NCBI GenBank assembly: GCA_009103225.1
Contig: RHPI01001052.1
Span: forward strand, 129,600-193,599
Length of the DNA stretch: 64,000 bases
Direction: 5' to 3'
From: Chlorokybus atmophyticus
Taxonomy: Eukaryota; Plantae; Mesostigma and Chlorokybus algae
Part shown: piece after piece, positions 27,359 to 40,200 of the stretch
Layout: each line of letters starts with the position of its first letter
Position numbering within the stretch: the stretch's first letter is position 1
Translations under genes and position numbers: made by a program
The notes under the pieces: model-generated
The model's database searches: none
Told to the model about the DNA's origin: nothing
What the model saw: the letters and a program-made list of their open reading frames with translations, nothing else

Positions 27359-30300
27359 TCAGCTGTGGGCCCAGGTGTGTATGGCATTGTTGAGTTGTGT
27401 GGTGCGCGAGTGGAGGCTCTCATGCAGCCACCTGAGGAATTCCTCACCGGCGCGCTCATCGGACATGCCTACGAGGAGGGAGTCACGTAGGTAGTGTATG
27501 TCCTCAGCGGTCTGGAGCTCGGGCATGCCGGAGGTGAGCATGAGCTTGAAGAGCGCGATGAACAGGTTTGCGTGGCGTCTAATCACGTTGAAGGCACGCA
27601 CGCAAAGAAGCTCGAAGCGGCGAAAGCGCGGGTCGCCCTCCCCGCCCATGACGTGGGCAAAGTCTGGCGTAAACACGAAGCGCGTACGCTCACGACGCAG
27701 ACCGAACTTTGACTTGAAGTTGCCAAGAAAGTGTCCGAAGTCGATGTGGAACAACGTGCCGTCGGTGGCGAGCATGACGTTGTCGTTGTGTCTGTCCCCA
27801 ACGCCCAGTACGCACGTGGCCACGCAGGCCGCCGCGGCCGAGCGCGCGAAGCGGTCCGCGCACTCGGCCCACTGCGCCGGCGCAGGGTTCCAGCGCGCCA
27901 GCCAGTTTGAGATGATATCCTCGCGGAAGCACGCCACGCCGCCTCCTGCCGCACGAGCGATGTTGGACGTCGTGTCCGCGTCGCCCACCACGGCGAGGAA
28001 ACCCGCGTCCGGCGACACCGCTGCGCACGCGTACGTGCGCACCTCGAGGTCGAGACCCGCACCCGACCACAGCTCACCCATCAGCCGCAGCAGATGCAGC
28101 GTCAACATGTCCTGCCGCAGGTCGTCTCCACACTTGAACAGCACCATGCGCTGCATCGCTGGTTGCTGTTGTTGCTGTAGTTGTTGTGGTTGTGTCGATG
28201 TCGACATCCTGAGGGTCTCCCGGTCCCTCGCCCCCTCCAACACCAACCACAGCGGCTGCTTCTTGCTCGACAGCACCCGACACGCCGCCACATCAAACCC
28301 GCCCGCCTCAAACCTGACGGCAACAAGCCAAGTTGTTACAGTCAAGCTCTCTCACACTCTTGTACCTACAAGTAGACATACATGTACACACACGCGTGTC
28401 CACGTACCGCGGGTCTATTGGCAGGGAGAAGCGCGCGGGCATGCGTATCCTTCTTAGCGCTGCGTGGAGGGCGGCTCTCTTCTCTGCGGTGTGGCCGGGG
28501 CCCTTCCCACCGCCGCTGCCGCTATCGGTCTGCTGCTCCTTGATGTCCTCTGCCACGCGACGCAAGGCGGACGTCGCGCTCACCTGCGCAACGAGCGCAG
28601 CCCTCACGCGTGAACCGCAGTGACGCAGGTACGCTGTCAACAACGCCAACACGCGCGACAGGGGCGAGGAGGAGGTGGTGGTGGTGGTGGTGGTGGTCGT
28701 GGAGGATAGGCGTATGGCCTCCACTCTGAGCATCCAGAAGAGGTTGAAGCCGAGCGCGGGGCTACGAAGGGCGCGTACCAGCAGGAAGCGCGCGATGGGG
28801 GAGCGCGCGGGGTCGCGGTCGAAGCGAAGCGCCTGCACGAGGGGCAGCAAACATAGAGGAAGCAGCGCGTCGTCGTCACGCAGAGATGCAAGATGATTCA
28901 GCGCCAGCTCGCGAATGCGCTCGTCAGCGTACTCCTCGCACAGCAGCTGAGGGACACACACGTACACGCACACGTGAGCGAGACAGTGTTGGGTAGCTCT
29001 GTGGTATGTATAGCGCACGCACACCTGCAATGCTTCCAACGGGTGCTCTGGTGTCCACGCTGCCAGCAACCTGCACGTCCGATTGTACTATGTTGGCAGA
29101 TCTGTCATTAACGTGAGCTCAGACAAGTCTGCGTGCGGGTACCTGTGGGCGTGACACACAGCAGCGCGGGAGCCGTACGGCACGCAGAGCAGGGCTCTGG
29201 GCAGGGCCGAAGCGGGCAGCTGTACTCTGCTGCGGCCGCGACGCGCGAGGGCGGCCCACACGGCACTGCGCACGTCTGCTGCTGGAACTCCGCTCAACGG
29301 ATCTGCGTTGGGGAAATGTGGGTGCGCCACCGTGCGTGCGTGTGCGTACATACGTGCACGTGGTTGCGTGCATGTGCGCGCACAAGCGGGTGCGCATCTG
29401 TGTGAGTGTATCCAGACGCGTGTATGTGCATGCGTTCTGTTGCGCGTGCTACTAGTTGCGGTTCCTATGCACCGTGTTGCGGGGATGTGCATAGAGCTAT
29501 GAATAAAGCAACAGCCCCAACCTGCGCTGAGTGCTTCCCGCACCACCGTCTCCTCGCCCCCCACCCCGCGTCCACTGCTGGACGGCCTCTCATCCTCCTC
29601 CCCCATAACACCCTCCTCCCCGTCATCCAGAGTGTGCACGACAGTCACCGCCCGCTTGTCCAGCCCCAATCCCAGCACTCCCACACCATCGTCATCCCCG
29701 CACACCAAAGACAACCGCAGCGGCCCCGTGCGCAGCCTCCCGCGCAAGTCGAACAGGTACGCGCTGGCTTCACCAACGAGGACGTTGTTGTTGTTGTCCT
29801 CGGCCCCGTGCGTGACGCGGCAGCAGATGCGAGCCTCCCGCGGCAGGTCGGAGGTGTTGGTGTTGGGGAGAGTCACCCACCGGAGCCACGACGTGGCGGG
29901 ACCACCCAACCCGGGAATGGTGCAAGTGGCTGGGGTGGCTGGGGTGCAGATTGGATGGCTGATGGCCTGGCTTCCGTGCTTCCTGCAGTGTGCAACCATT
30001 GGCAACTGTGTGTGTCTGCGTGCGTGCGCGCATGTATGTGTGCGTGTGTGCGCGTGGCAAATGCCTGCATGCGTACAGTGTGATGGTGAGGTTGAAGCTG
30101 CCGCTATTGGCGGCGGGAGTGACACTGGATGTTGGACGGTATAGCTCGCCCACGAATATCCTGTTGGCAGAATGAAATGTTGAATGCGTATGCTGCATGT
30201 CACCAAGCTCCTACGCGAGATGTGACATGATCGAGTCTTGTGTACAGCACTAGTAATCATCAACCCCACGTTGTTACTGGAAGAGAAAAAATCCACTGCC

Positions 30301-32644
30301 CGCGTGTATGTGCGTGTGCGTGCGTGTGTTACCTGAGTTTCCCTAGCAGCTGCGCCAGAGGCACACACTTCCGCACTCTCGCCCTCATGTCCAGACCATT
30401 ATGTCCGTTGGCACCGTCCTGTTTCCCGCTGCTGCACACCGACACAGACCGGCGCTCCCGTGCTCGATCATCCACATCATCAGCATCGTCGTCACCACTT
30501 CCACCACCGTCCTCACTCTCGCTATTCCTATCGCTGTCGTCCTGCTCCCCTTCCTCCCTCCACCGCGCGAGGTGTATGAGCAGCGGGGGGCTTCCGTCGC
30601 GTGGTCTGAGGTAGTCCCCTACGACGCGACGCGGATCCAGGAAGGCGGCCTCGCGCGCCAGACGCAGCGCGTACGCACCCGCGTCGCTCCAACCGCCGCT
30701 GCCACCAACGGACGACCGCGGGCTGTCCACCACGTCCACGCTATGGCCGCGGCCTCGGGCGTCGTCGTAGTCACCGAGAGTGCTTGTGCGCGTGAGGTCG
30801 AGCACCTCGTAGGGCACCGTGAGACGGTACGCCTGGAGAAGACGACCCTGCAGAGCGCTCACCCGCTCGCCAGCTGAGAGGGGGAGTGTTGGTTGGTTGG
30901 TGTTTGTATGCCAGCACGCACGTGCGTGCGCATATGTGGGATGCATGTGCAAAATGTACTCATTGCTGTGTGCCGCACGCACGTGTTTAAGATGTCATGG
31001 CGAATCTCATTATCAACAGACGCTTGTAGACTGCTGTCACTGAGACCCACCTGAGGTGGTGACGGTGAGGCAGGTCTCGTCGTCTCCGGGGAACCAGCAT
31101 CGGCACTTGACGGGCCCGGAGGGCGAACCCGGCGGCGTGGAGGTGGCGGACGACACTGACCGCGACAGCGAGGACGACGACATCGATGCGGTGCTGGATG
31201 TGGTTGAGGACACGGAGGAGGCGTGGAGGCCTCGCGCGCCTGCACCCGACGCCGCTGCGGATGTGGGCTCCGCGTACAGCACCCAAGGGACGGATGTCTC
31301 CCTCAGCAACGCTCCGATCTCCCTGACAGAAACCAGAGAACACACTTTGCGTGTGAGCGTGTGTGCGTGCGCATCAAAGTTGAGGGTGCTGACGTTTGAG
31401 GCGTTGTTCAGATCACTGACTTGAATCGTATCCTGTCTGCGGCGTCAATGCTGATTTCGGCGTGGCTGCCGAGAAGAGACCGCACTTCCGCGCGGCGCTG
31501 CTCTCGGCGCTTTAGGGTTCGCTGCACGGAACCGACAAGTGAGTATCTGATTGCAACAAGCATCGTCATCATGGAAATCACAACAACTTCACCAACAGCA
31601 ATAGCAGCAGCCGCAGCAACAACAACAAACCACCTGCATCCTTCCGAAGACTCGTAAGCTCCCGAGTCCCACCCGTGCGTCTATGCCTTTCTCCAGGCAC
31701 ATCTTGAACAGCCTCGTGCGGCCCATGACGTCGTCCAACACGTCCACATCGCCCCCAGCATCCGCGGCATCCCCGTCCAGGTCCCCCCCCTCGTCGGCAT
31801 CTGCCCGCAGGACCAGGGAGGCGGCTACGCTGGCCCCGACAACGCATGCCAGCCGCACCGCGCATGTGCTCCACGACGTGCCGGATGGACACGCAACACC
31901 CTGCAAAAGGTATTTTGCACGTCACGCAAGCGTGTTGGGATCATGTGGATGACGGTGGCATGTGCACAGTGCGACGGTTGCTACATTACTCCTTAAATAG
32001 CATACCGCGGATTGGAGGTGGTCTGCAATGGCGTCCCGCAGCTCCCACGTGGTCATCAAGCTGCGGCACTTCCACTCGGCCTTGACTCCCGCACGCTCGT
32101 ACACCATTCTGATCGTGGCAGTGCCATCCACATCATCGTTGTTGACGTAGTTGAGTCTGCTTGAGGCGGGTGCATCCTGGCGTGCAGTGGTTTCGTGTTG
32201 TTGTTGTTGGAGCGCATGCGCTGCGCGCTGTATGGCGCGTGCCCACTCTGCTGCGCGTTGAGGCGTGTCCGCCTGCAGCGCGTACGTCTTTGCTTTGTTC
32301 CCCTTTCGCGCTGCGATGTGGAGGAGTGCGCTGTCTCCCCCGCCCACGCCGACGGCCGCCACGGAGGCCAGGTGGATGCGACCGCGCGGCACGTCCGAGG
32401 ACCGGGAGAAGTACACCAGCGCGGACGCGTGGAGGCGGAAGTAGCGGACCTGCCAGGGGCGTAAACCGCGAGGGGACTTCTTGTGCAGGAAACCAGACTC
32501 CAGCACTGGACCGAGCGATGATGTGTCCTCCGCCAGTACTCCCATCTCCCCGCCATCGCCGTTCGTGTGCGTGTTTGCCGCGGTAGAGGCTGCAAGGACT
32601 GAGCTGCGGATCCGGCACTGCCTCGACCCACCCCAGCTCTCCAT
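27359..32644 (-). CDS. Phosphatidylinositol 3-kinase, class I-type architecture, with N-terminal PH domain
   Basis: PH domain (LESGFLHKKSPRGLRPWQVRYFRL...YALQADTPQRAAEWARAI), ubiquitin-fold/RBD-like segment, C2 (WVTLP..SDLPREARIC..GEASAYLFD.RGRLRTGPLRL), helical (YADERIRELAL..LVQALRF..ARFLLVRAL..GFNLFWMLRVE), kinase (SKKQPLWL, FKCGDDLRQDMLTL, LGVGDRHNDN, HIDFGHFLGNFKSKFGLRRER, RTTQLNNAIH); stop at 27359-27361. Start codon position uncertain. Confidence 0.92.
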
Positions 32645-34010
32645 CCCACGAAGCAACCAACTGGCCTCACACGAGCCACCTATCTATCGAGCTAAGCTCC
32701 ATGCTGGTGTTTGGGCTGGGATGATGTGATAAGAAAATGGTGATGCACCTCGTGCTCCTGGTGTACTTCCCGGGTAGCATGTACAACGAGTCGTACTGTT
32801 AGCAAAATGTGTGGACGGGCTTTCTACTACTGGGCTGTTCAATACCTGGGACATTTTCAATACAGCAGTCAAGAACGTTAACATGCTAATAGAAATGACC
32901 TAACTGCATTGAGCTCTGGACAACAGACAATTGGAGCTGCTGATGTACAGGCATTGCACAGCCCTACGCCAGTAGAGTACTTGCCTTACACCAAGCAATT
33001 TCACAAGAAAACAGTGTAGAATACTTGTCCTGCATCAAGCACTATCAGCTGAAGTTCGCGTGTAAGTGCTTGGCACCAGGGCCCCACTGCATGCAGCCAG
33101 CGAGTACACAGACAGCGTAATAGTCACGTGATACTTGGCTCGGCTGCTCAGCCTGCGAGCCACGTCGACGCGTGCACCTGTTCGGATCTGGGCCCCAGTG
33201 GATCCGGCTTGATGCGAGTTGCTCGACCTGGATCGGATCAGCGGCCGCAATAGGCCGTACGCGGCTGTACGACGGGTTTGAGACTCATCCGGGTTGTTAG
33301 AGCGGGATCGTAGGGTTTGCCATCTGTGTGGTCGCCGTACGCGCGCACAAGATGACAAAAGGGCCGGTCGCTTGGCTGTGATTTGTGATGATGCAGGACT
33401 GCGAGCAGCCGGCCGCTGACCTGGCCCCTGCCATTGCTCGGTTGGCTCCGCTGCCAGCCGTCCAAACCGCGAAAACGACGGGCACCGCGCCTCACCCCTA
33501 ACCACGAATGCCAACCACAGCGTACAGCCGCTGTACGACCACTCCAACCCACTGGATGGAGGCAAACTTTTGTTGACCACAGAACAAAGTTTGCCTCATC
33601 CGCAAGGCTAATATATCGTCCATAAGTTATGGTTCGCGGCACCTGAACATGATGAGGCTGAGATGAGCCACAAACGAGCCATCCGTTGTGACCGAGTTCA
33701 TCCCATCTAACCAAGGACCGTACGCGAGCGGCGACAGACCGCGGTTGTCCCATCCACAACTTGGCGTACTTAATCGGTTTGGGTAGGGTAGGTGTGGTTG
33801 TGAAGGGGAGCAAGGAAAAGAGGGTGCTGTGTGGGCAGAGAGAGAGAGAGAGAGAGTGAGGCGGCGGTGAGCGAGCGGGTGAAGGAGGGGGTGTGAGTGA
33901 GCGGGTGAGTGGGGAGTGTGGGGCAGGGTGCTGTGGTTGTTTGTGTAGAGCCAGGCTCTCAGCGGCTGTCCTCTACCCTTGTCTCGGTGCAGCCGTCCTT
34001 CGCCGTCACC

Positions 34011-35317
34011 ATGCAGGCCGTGAGCTCCGCCTCCTCCTCCACCGCCGCCTTCACGGGGCTGGTCTCCGCACGCAAGGCCGCTGGCCTCCCCGCCAAGCGC
34101 GAGAGCCTGAAGGTGTCGCAGCCCAAGGCGGCCAGGCAGGCGGTCGTGGCCATGGCGTCGTCCGACAACGGCGCCAGCGGCCGCTTCGAGAAGAGCGGCA
34201 ATGTGGTCAAGGATGAGCTCTTCAGCAACAACCGCATCTGGGCTGGCGCCATCCGCAAGGCCGACCCCACCTTCTTCGACAGACTGTCCCTCGGCCAGTC
34301 ACCCGAGATCCTCTGGATTGGGTAGGTTGCTTTAAACCCGCCATGCTTTGCCCTGTCAATACGCCATTTGCAGTTCTGTCAATGCGACGTGCGACATTGG
34401 CTCGTTGTCATCGTTGCCCTTCACCAATGCAAGACACCTGCCATGTCCTACTGTCTGGACTGATCATTCCTGTCAGACCAGTACACTGCCTCACCTGACA
34501 GTGTGTCTGCATGATGTGCGGTGACAGTCACCATTGCCAGCCTGTCTGTGCGGGACGCTGCATGTTGGCTCACTGTCATCAACTCTCTGTGCCTTGAAAG
34601 CATACATGTGTCAGACTGAGCCATGTCGGACTCGGGCATTTGCCAATATCACCCGCTGCCTCACATTGTTTGTCTGCCATGGCAACGTAGGAATGCTGTA
34701 CCGTGCATCATCTGACTCGTGCATCTGCCTGCCTGCCTGCCTGCAGTTGCGCTGACAGCCGCATGCCCGCTGAGGACCTGATCGGCAAGATGCCCGGCGA
34801 GGTGTTCGTCCACCGCAACGTCGCCAACGTGGTGGTGCACACCGACTTCAACTGCCTTTCCGTCCTCGAGTACGCCGTCAAGGCCCTGAAGGTGAAGCAC
34901 ATCGTGGTGTGCGGCCACTACTCCTGCGGCGGCGTGATGGCCTCGACGGGCGATGCCACGGTGGGCCTGGTCGATAACTGGCTGCGCCACATCCGCGACG
35001 TGCGCGTCAAGTACGAGAAGGAGCTGGACCTGTACTCCCAGCAGGGCGGCAACGTGGTGGACAAGCTGTGCGAGCTCAACGTCATCGAGCAGGTGAAGAA
35101 CGTGTGCTCCACCACCATCGTCCAGACCGCGTGGCGCGAGGGACAGGAGCTCAGCGTCTACGGATGGATCTACAACCTCAAGGACGGGCTCCTCAGCGAC
35201 CTCGGCGTCTCCATCAATGACGCCGCAGATATTCCCAAGCAGTACCGCCTGGCAATCAACTCCTCCCTCTCAGCTGCACCCAAGCAGGACAAGGTCCCCG
35301 TCGGAGCATCCAAGTAA
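34011..35317 (+). CDS. Beta-carbonic anhydrase with plastid-type transit peptide, 2 exons (34011-34321, 34747-35317)
   Basis: WIGCADSR, GEVFVHRNVAN, HIVVCGHYSCGGV Zn-binding motifs; N-terminus MQAVSSASSSTAAFTGL...AARQAVVAM is a typical green transit peptide. Confidence 0.95.
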
Positions 35318-37209
35318 AGACCCTGACTCTCGCTCACTGACTGCCCACCTGTGTTGAAGGGGGGACATCAGTACTAGAACTAGTAGTAGAAGTAGCAGGT
35401 GCTCAAACCTTTGTCTTGTGTATACGTAAACGATACATCTTTATGCTTACCAACAAGTCTCATCTCTTCTGAAATTCTTGTGCTTTGCTGGCGTCAGTTG
35501 TAGCTGGCATGCTTAATGTTGTGTGATCACAGGCTGTGGCGTCGTCATGGGCAGTAAATAAGGGAATGTCCATGTGATCCACTGCATGCACACTTGGCTA
35601 TGTGACTACCAATTGCGACAAGCGCGCACACGATGTATTGGTTACAACTTTCAGTTGAGAGATTGACGTAATATTCCCTGTACATATTGTGCCCTGTGCC
35701 CGCAGACGATAGCTACCAGAAGTTCGAGCCTATGGCAGGCAGTCACACGCAGCCAGCGTGCCCTTGCAATTGGAAGGGAATGCAGCCTGTGACACCGGCA
35801 GATTTACAGGCAAGCACAGTGTACACCTAAACTGTCATGGCATGACGTATCTCTCAGAACTGCTTGTGCACGAATTTTACATACTGATCTGCCTGCTCTC
35901 CACAGTGTTACAGGTAGTAGTAGTGCCACTGTCGCAGTGGCAATGCTACCTGGTCTAGACCAACATATGCGCTTGCAAAGCTTGCACAGGTCAGGAGAGT
36001 CAGTCAGTTCTGCCGTTGAATCTGCATCAGTCCTATACAGACATGCATCACATTACATATTTTGTACACAGCAAGTGTTGCATGTACACTTCATTGCAGA
36101 CTCGATCACTAGTGCCAACGCAGAGCGCCTTGTGACCAAGGGCCTGCTTGCCCTGATCGAAACCAACGACTGGGTTGTGCAGCAATGGGTCCAGGTGAGA
36201 TGCCTCTCAGGCAACTCATGTCGTGTGGCGCAAAGCGTGTCTTCCCACACACCTTGCCTAGCATGCGCCTACTTCTGCGCATGCTTACGTGTCTTAAGCA
36301 TGCTGCAACAAGTGCATCAGTATTTGTCATGCAAGTTGTTAGTATTATTGGCTTTGAGGCGTGACATGGGTACGTCTAAAATGACATCACCATCCTCGAC
36401 TTATTGTGTACTGCGCTTCTAGCTTGTCGCATCCTGTACATGCGCGCGGGTAGGCAACAGCACATGAGCATTGCAACCTTGTACACGCAGGTGCATCTTT
36501 GATGTTAGCTTGCCGGCACAAGTGATGCATCAGTTGCGTGTGTGTAACTAGAGTGCGTAGTAGGAAGCTGGATATGTTCACACACGTGGATGGCTGCACG
36601 CACAATGTGACGGCAACAGTAAGCGAGTTATGCTCCGGTGGTGGTGTGGGGAGCCCAGCAAGATTGGGTTGCAGGTGACCAGCCAAACAGGTGCCGGCGT
36701 ACTGATGGCAAAGACATGGCGTTATCTGCTAGCTGTTGTTCCCATGCAAGGCACACACGCATAGGGGACGTCACAGACCGCGGAGGCATGGCTCTGTTTC
36801 TATTACTACATTGCAAGAGCACGCGTCCACCTCAGATGCGTCTAGCCTTGAGCTGAACAAACCGCGGCTCTTTGCCAATGCGGTGAGTGCAGCGTGCTTG
36901 TGCCGGCAGTCAGTCATGTCACACCGGTTGCATCTCCAGCATCGCTATGAAGCACTTGACCCATGGCCCACTCACAAGGCGAAACCACGGTTCTCTGCAT
37001 GCATGCACGCGTGTGTGCACGCATGCCCATGGACACGTGGGTCCGTGTGCTCGCGTGCAAGCATGTGTCGGGTAGGCAACCAGGCACATGCACGCTCATG
37101 CACATGCACGCACTTGCCCGCGCACCAATCTGTGCTTACACAACGATGCTGCACGCACATGCACGCACTTGTGCACACACACTGACGCACACACGCGCAC
37201 TCACACCCA

Positions 37210-40200
37210 CACCCACACACTCTACCTTCTCGGACGGTTTCGTGTTGGTAAGCGAGCTCGAACGATATGAACCACTTCATGTGCACTTGCTCGCATGCAT
37301 ACAGCGAACCGTTGCTTGCGTGTTCTAGGATCGCTGCTGCTGCGTTGCCGTCATCGATCTCGGGTCGGCCACTGCTTGGTGGAACACATGCATGAGACCC
37401 TCGCTCAGCGCTGTCATGGGGTTCATGCAGTTTGGTGCAGAGTGAGTAAGCATGCCAGTGTGTGCTGCCATTGGTATGTCACACAGTGTGGCGCAGACGG
37501 CTCACGCGTTGGTCGCGACGACACCAATGTATGTGTATGTATATATACATGTACATAAACGTAAATATATGTATATATATGTAGTAGTAGTAGGCAATAA
37601 TATATATACGGTTGTATAGTGCGCTTCACAGGCAAAGGAATGCAAGACCATTGTGAGCATTGCATACAGTGAGGGATGCTGGTGGCTAGAGCTGGTTCAA
37701 ACTGTACAAATCTGAAGGTGTATAAGGTTACTGCCAATGCTGATCCTAAACACACATGCTGTCAACTGTATTATACATACACGTACCTGCATGGTGCGAG
37801 AGCTGACACTGCTAGAGTTTACCGGAAGGCCTGTGCTCGGATGTGGCACCAGCTGGCGGCGCACGCGGTCGGCAGCAGGCTGCTCCATCGCCTTATCGCT
37901 ACCACCAGCGTCACCCTCCTCCATCATGATCTGCTCAACTGAGCTCGCAGGCCTCTTCGCCTCCGCCTCATCGATGGCCGATACGACGCGCTGCATCTTA
38001 TTCATCGCGGCAGATAACCTCTCCCTCAAGGCCGAGATCTGTGCGCCAGCATCTGCATGAAAAACATAGCAGCAGTCATTGTGCGTGCAGCTCTCTCACG
38101 GTTGGCAAGCAAGCATTGACCTTCTGATCCATCCTGACTTGCATAGCGTTGGTTGAGGTTTGGTGAAGGGCTGAAAGGAGGGACGCCGTCGCTTTCGTCA
38201 TTTATCAAGGGTGATTGTGCTTCGGTCCTCTGCACCGTGAACATGAACAAGCTTGAATATGCTGATGCGCTCTCATGTATACAGTTCTATGATGACTACT
38301 AGCTGACACAACCCCCTCACCCTTGCAGCTGTCCACCCGAGCGCAAACGAGCTGCTCCTCGAGGCGGGTTTCAGCATCGCCGGGACCGCTGCTCTGTGCT
38401 TGGCCACGAACGCCGCGAGTCTCTTCACCTGGTAAGATAGCAAACACCAAGCCTCATCAATTAACGAGCATTGCCATCACAATTGAGCAATGCAGCAAGA
38501 TAAGTCACTAAGCCTGCGGCAGCTCACCTCGTCCTGCAGCACACGGATCTCCTCTCCCCCCCCCCCCCCCCCGCGCATGATGCTTGTCTGNCCCCCCCCC
38601 CCCGCGCGCATGATGCTTGTCTGACCTCACCCAGACCCTGCAAGTTGGGCAGGCAAAGCACTTCGCTGGCATGTCGCCGCTCCAACCGGCACGCCATACA
38701 CATGTAGGAACACTGAGCGTGAAGATGAGCAGCCCACTTGTGCATCCCGTTCATGACCATGCGCGCCTCCACAGGGTATTAACAGGAGCATGTTAATCTG
38801 TCTCTACAAGCACCGAACAAGTTGACATAGCATGGTTTGCAGCATTCCAACAGATGACGTCCGATGCTGATGCCGCAATGTGCTACCTTGAATTGAGAGT
38901 AGAACTTGCCAAGAGTACAATCCATTGAATGCGTGGGATAAGAAGCGTATTGCTTGGGGCTAAGTCGCTGACGAACAATGTCCTTCTTCATGGGATCGAC
39001 ACGAGTGTTGTTGTGCCACCATTCAAAGACGACGCTGCGCTCCTCTACAGAAAGAACAACCGAGCGTGTTCGCCTCCTCATAACAACCTCCAATGCTGGC
39101 TCTCGGTCAACAACAATGCGCGCATGTTGCCGCATGGCGCGAGTAATTGCTCCGCGAGGCTGCATGACAGGGCGAACACAGTGTGGGTCAAAGTGTGGGT
39201 CAGTCATGCGCGTGCGGTGCGCTTGCGTGTGTGTGCGAGAGAGAGAGAGACTGATCGACGGACTTACTGACTGAGTGACCGACCGTGTGGATGTGCCTGC
39301 GCGTGCATTCGCGCGCATGCGCCTGCACGTGTGTAGAATATATGCAATGGTGTGCATGTGTGAGAGTTAAAAAGACAGACTGACTGTGTGAACTCGCACA
39401 CGTGCTCCGTATTATGCGCGAGAGCGTGCGTGCGTGAGAGAGGCAAAAAAACTAATTGATTGTAATGAAGTTACTAACTGTGTGAATGTGTACAAGCGAC
39501 GCACACAAGCTCGTGTCCATGCACATGCACGTGCGCTTGCGCGTGTGTGTAAGAGGTGAAAGGACTGGTTGATTGAATGACTAACGGTGTGGTGTTGTGC
39601 ACGTGCACGTGCACGTGCCCGTGTTTGTGCACACATGCACATGCGCATGTGCATGTGTGTGTGAGAAAGAGAAATACCGAGAGACTGACCCATTGTGTGG
39701 AGGTGCGTGCGTGCATGTGAAAGAGATAAAGAGAGCGGGAATACAGCGCGAAGTCACGCATGATGCAAGCAAGAATGTAATCACCTGCCCAGTGATGCGA
39801 GATGATGTATATAGGGTAAGGTGCCCCAACTTCGGACACTTTAGACTAGTAAGCACGCCCAATAACAAGTCCTTTACCGTGTGTACATCTTTATAGCTTG
39901 TTGGAAAGCTCATTCCATTGACTATGCAATGGGCTTTTCCATATAATGTAAGCCAATGGCATGCGCCGTATGTGATTGCACCAAGACCGGTCATTTGTAC
40001 AGCCATTTTCCAGTCCGAATCCTAACTTTCAGACAGCTACACTTTGCCTGCTATGTATAAGACCTGCAAGAGCAGTGGCGGGCCACAAGCGTTAAGCATG
40101 GCGGGGTGTGTTATTAGTAAGGACCGCGGTCAAGCGCTGCGAATGCGCTCTCGCGCATCACTTAACCGCGGTCCCTACCATAGGTGTGGGTATGGAATGC

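Noticed and set aside
27494-28457. Long plus-strand ORFs antisense to the PI3K and other GC-rich genes
   Set aside because: Expected shadow ORFs of high-GC3 coding sequence.
35900-36890. Plus-strand exon-like pieces (e.g. DSITSANAERLVTKGLLALIETNDWVVQQWVQ)
   Set aside because: Could not be joined into a gene or assigned to a family.
37482-37491. CACAGTGTGG as the partner TIR of the 42295 end
   Set aside because: Match is only 10 bp and the flanks give no target-site duplication.
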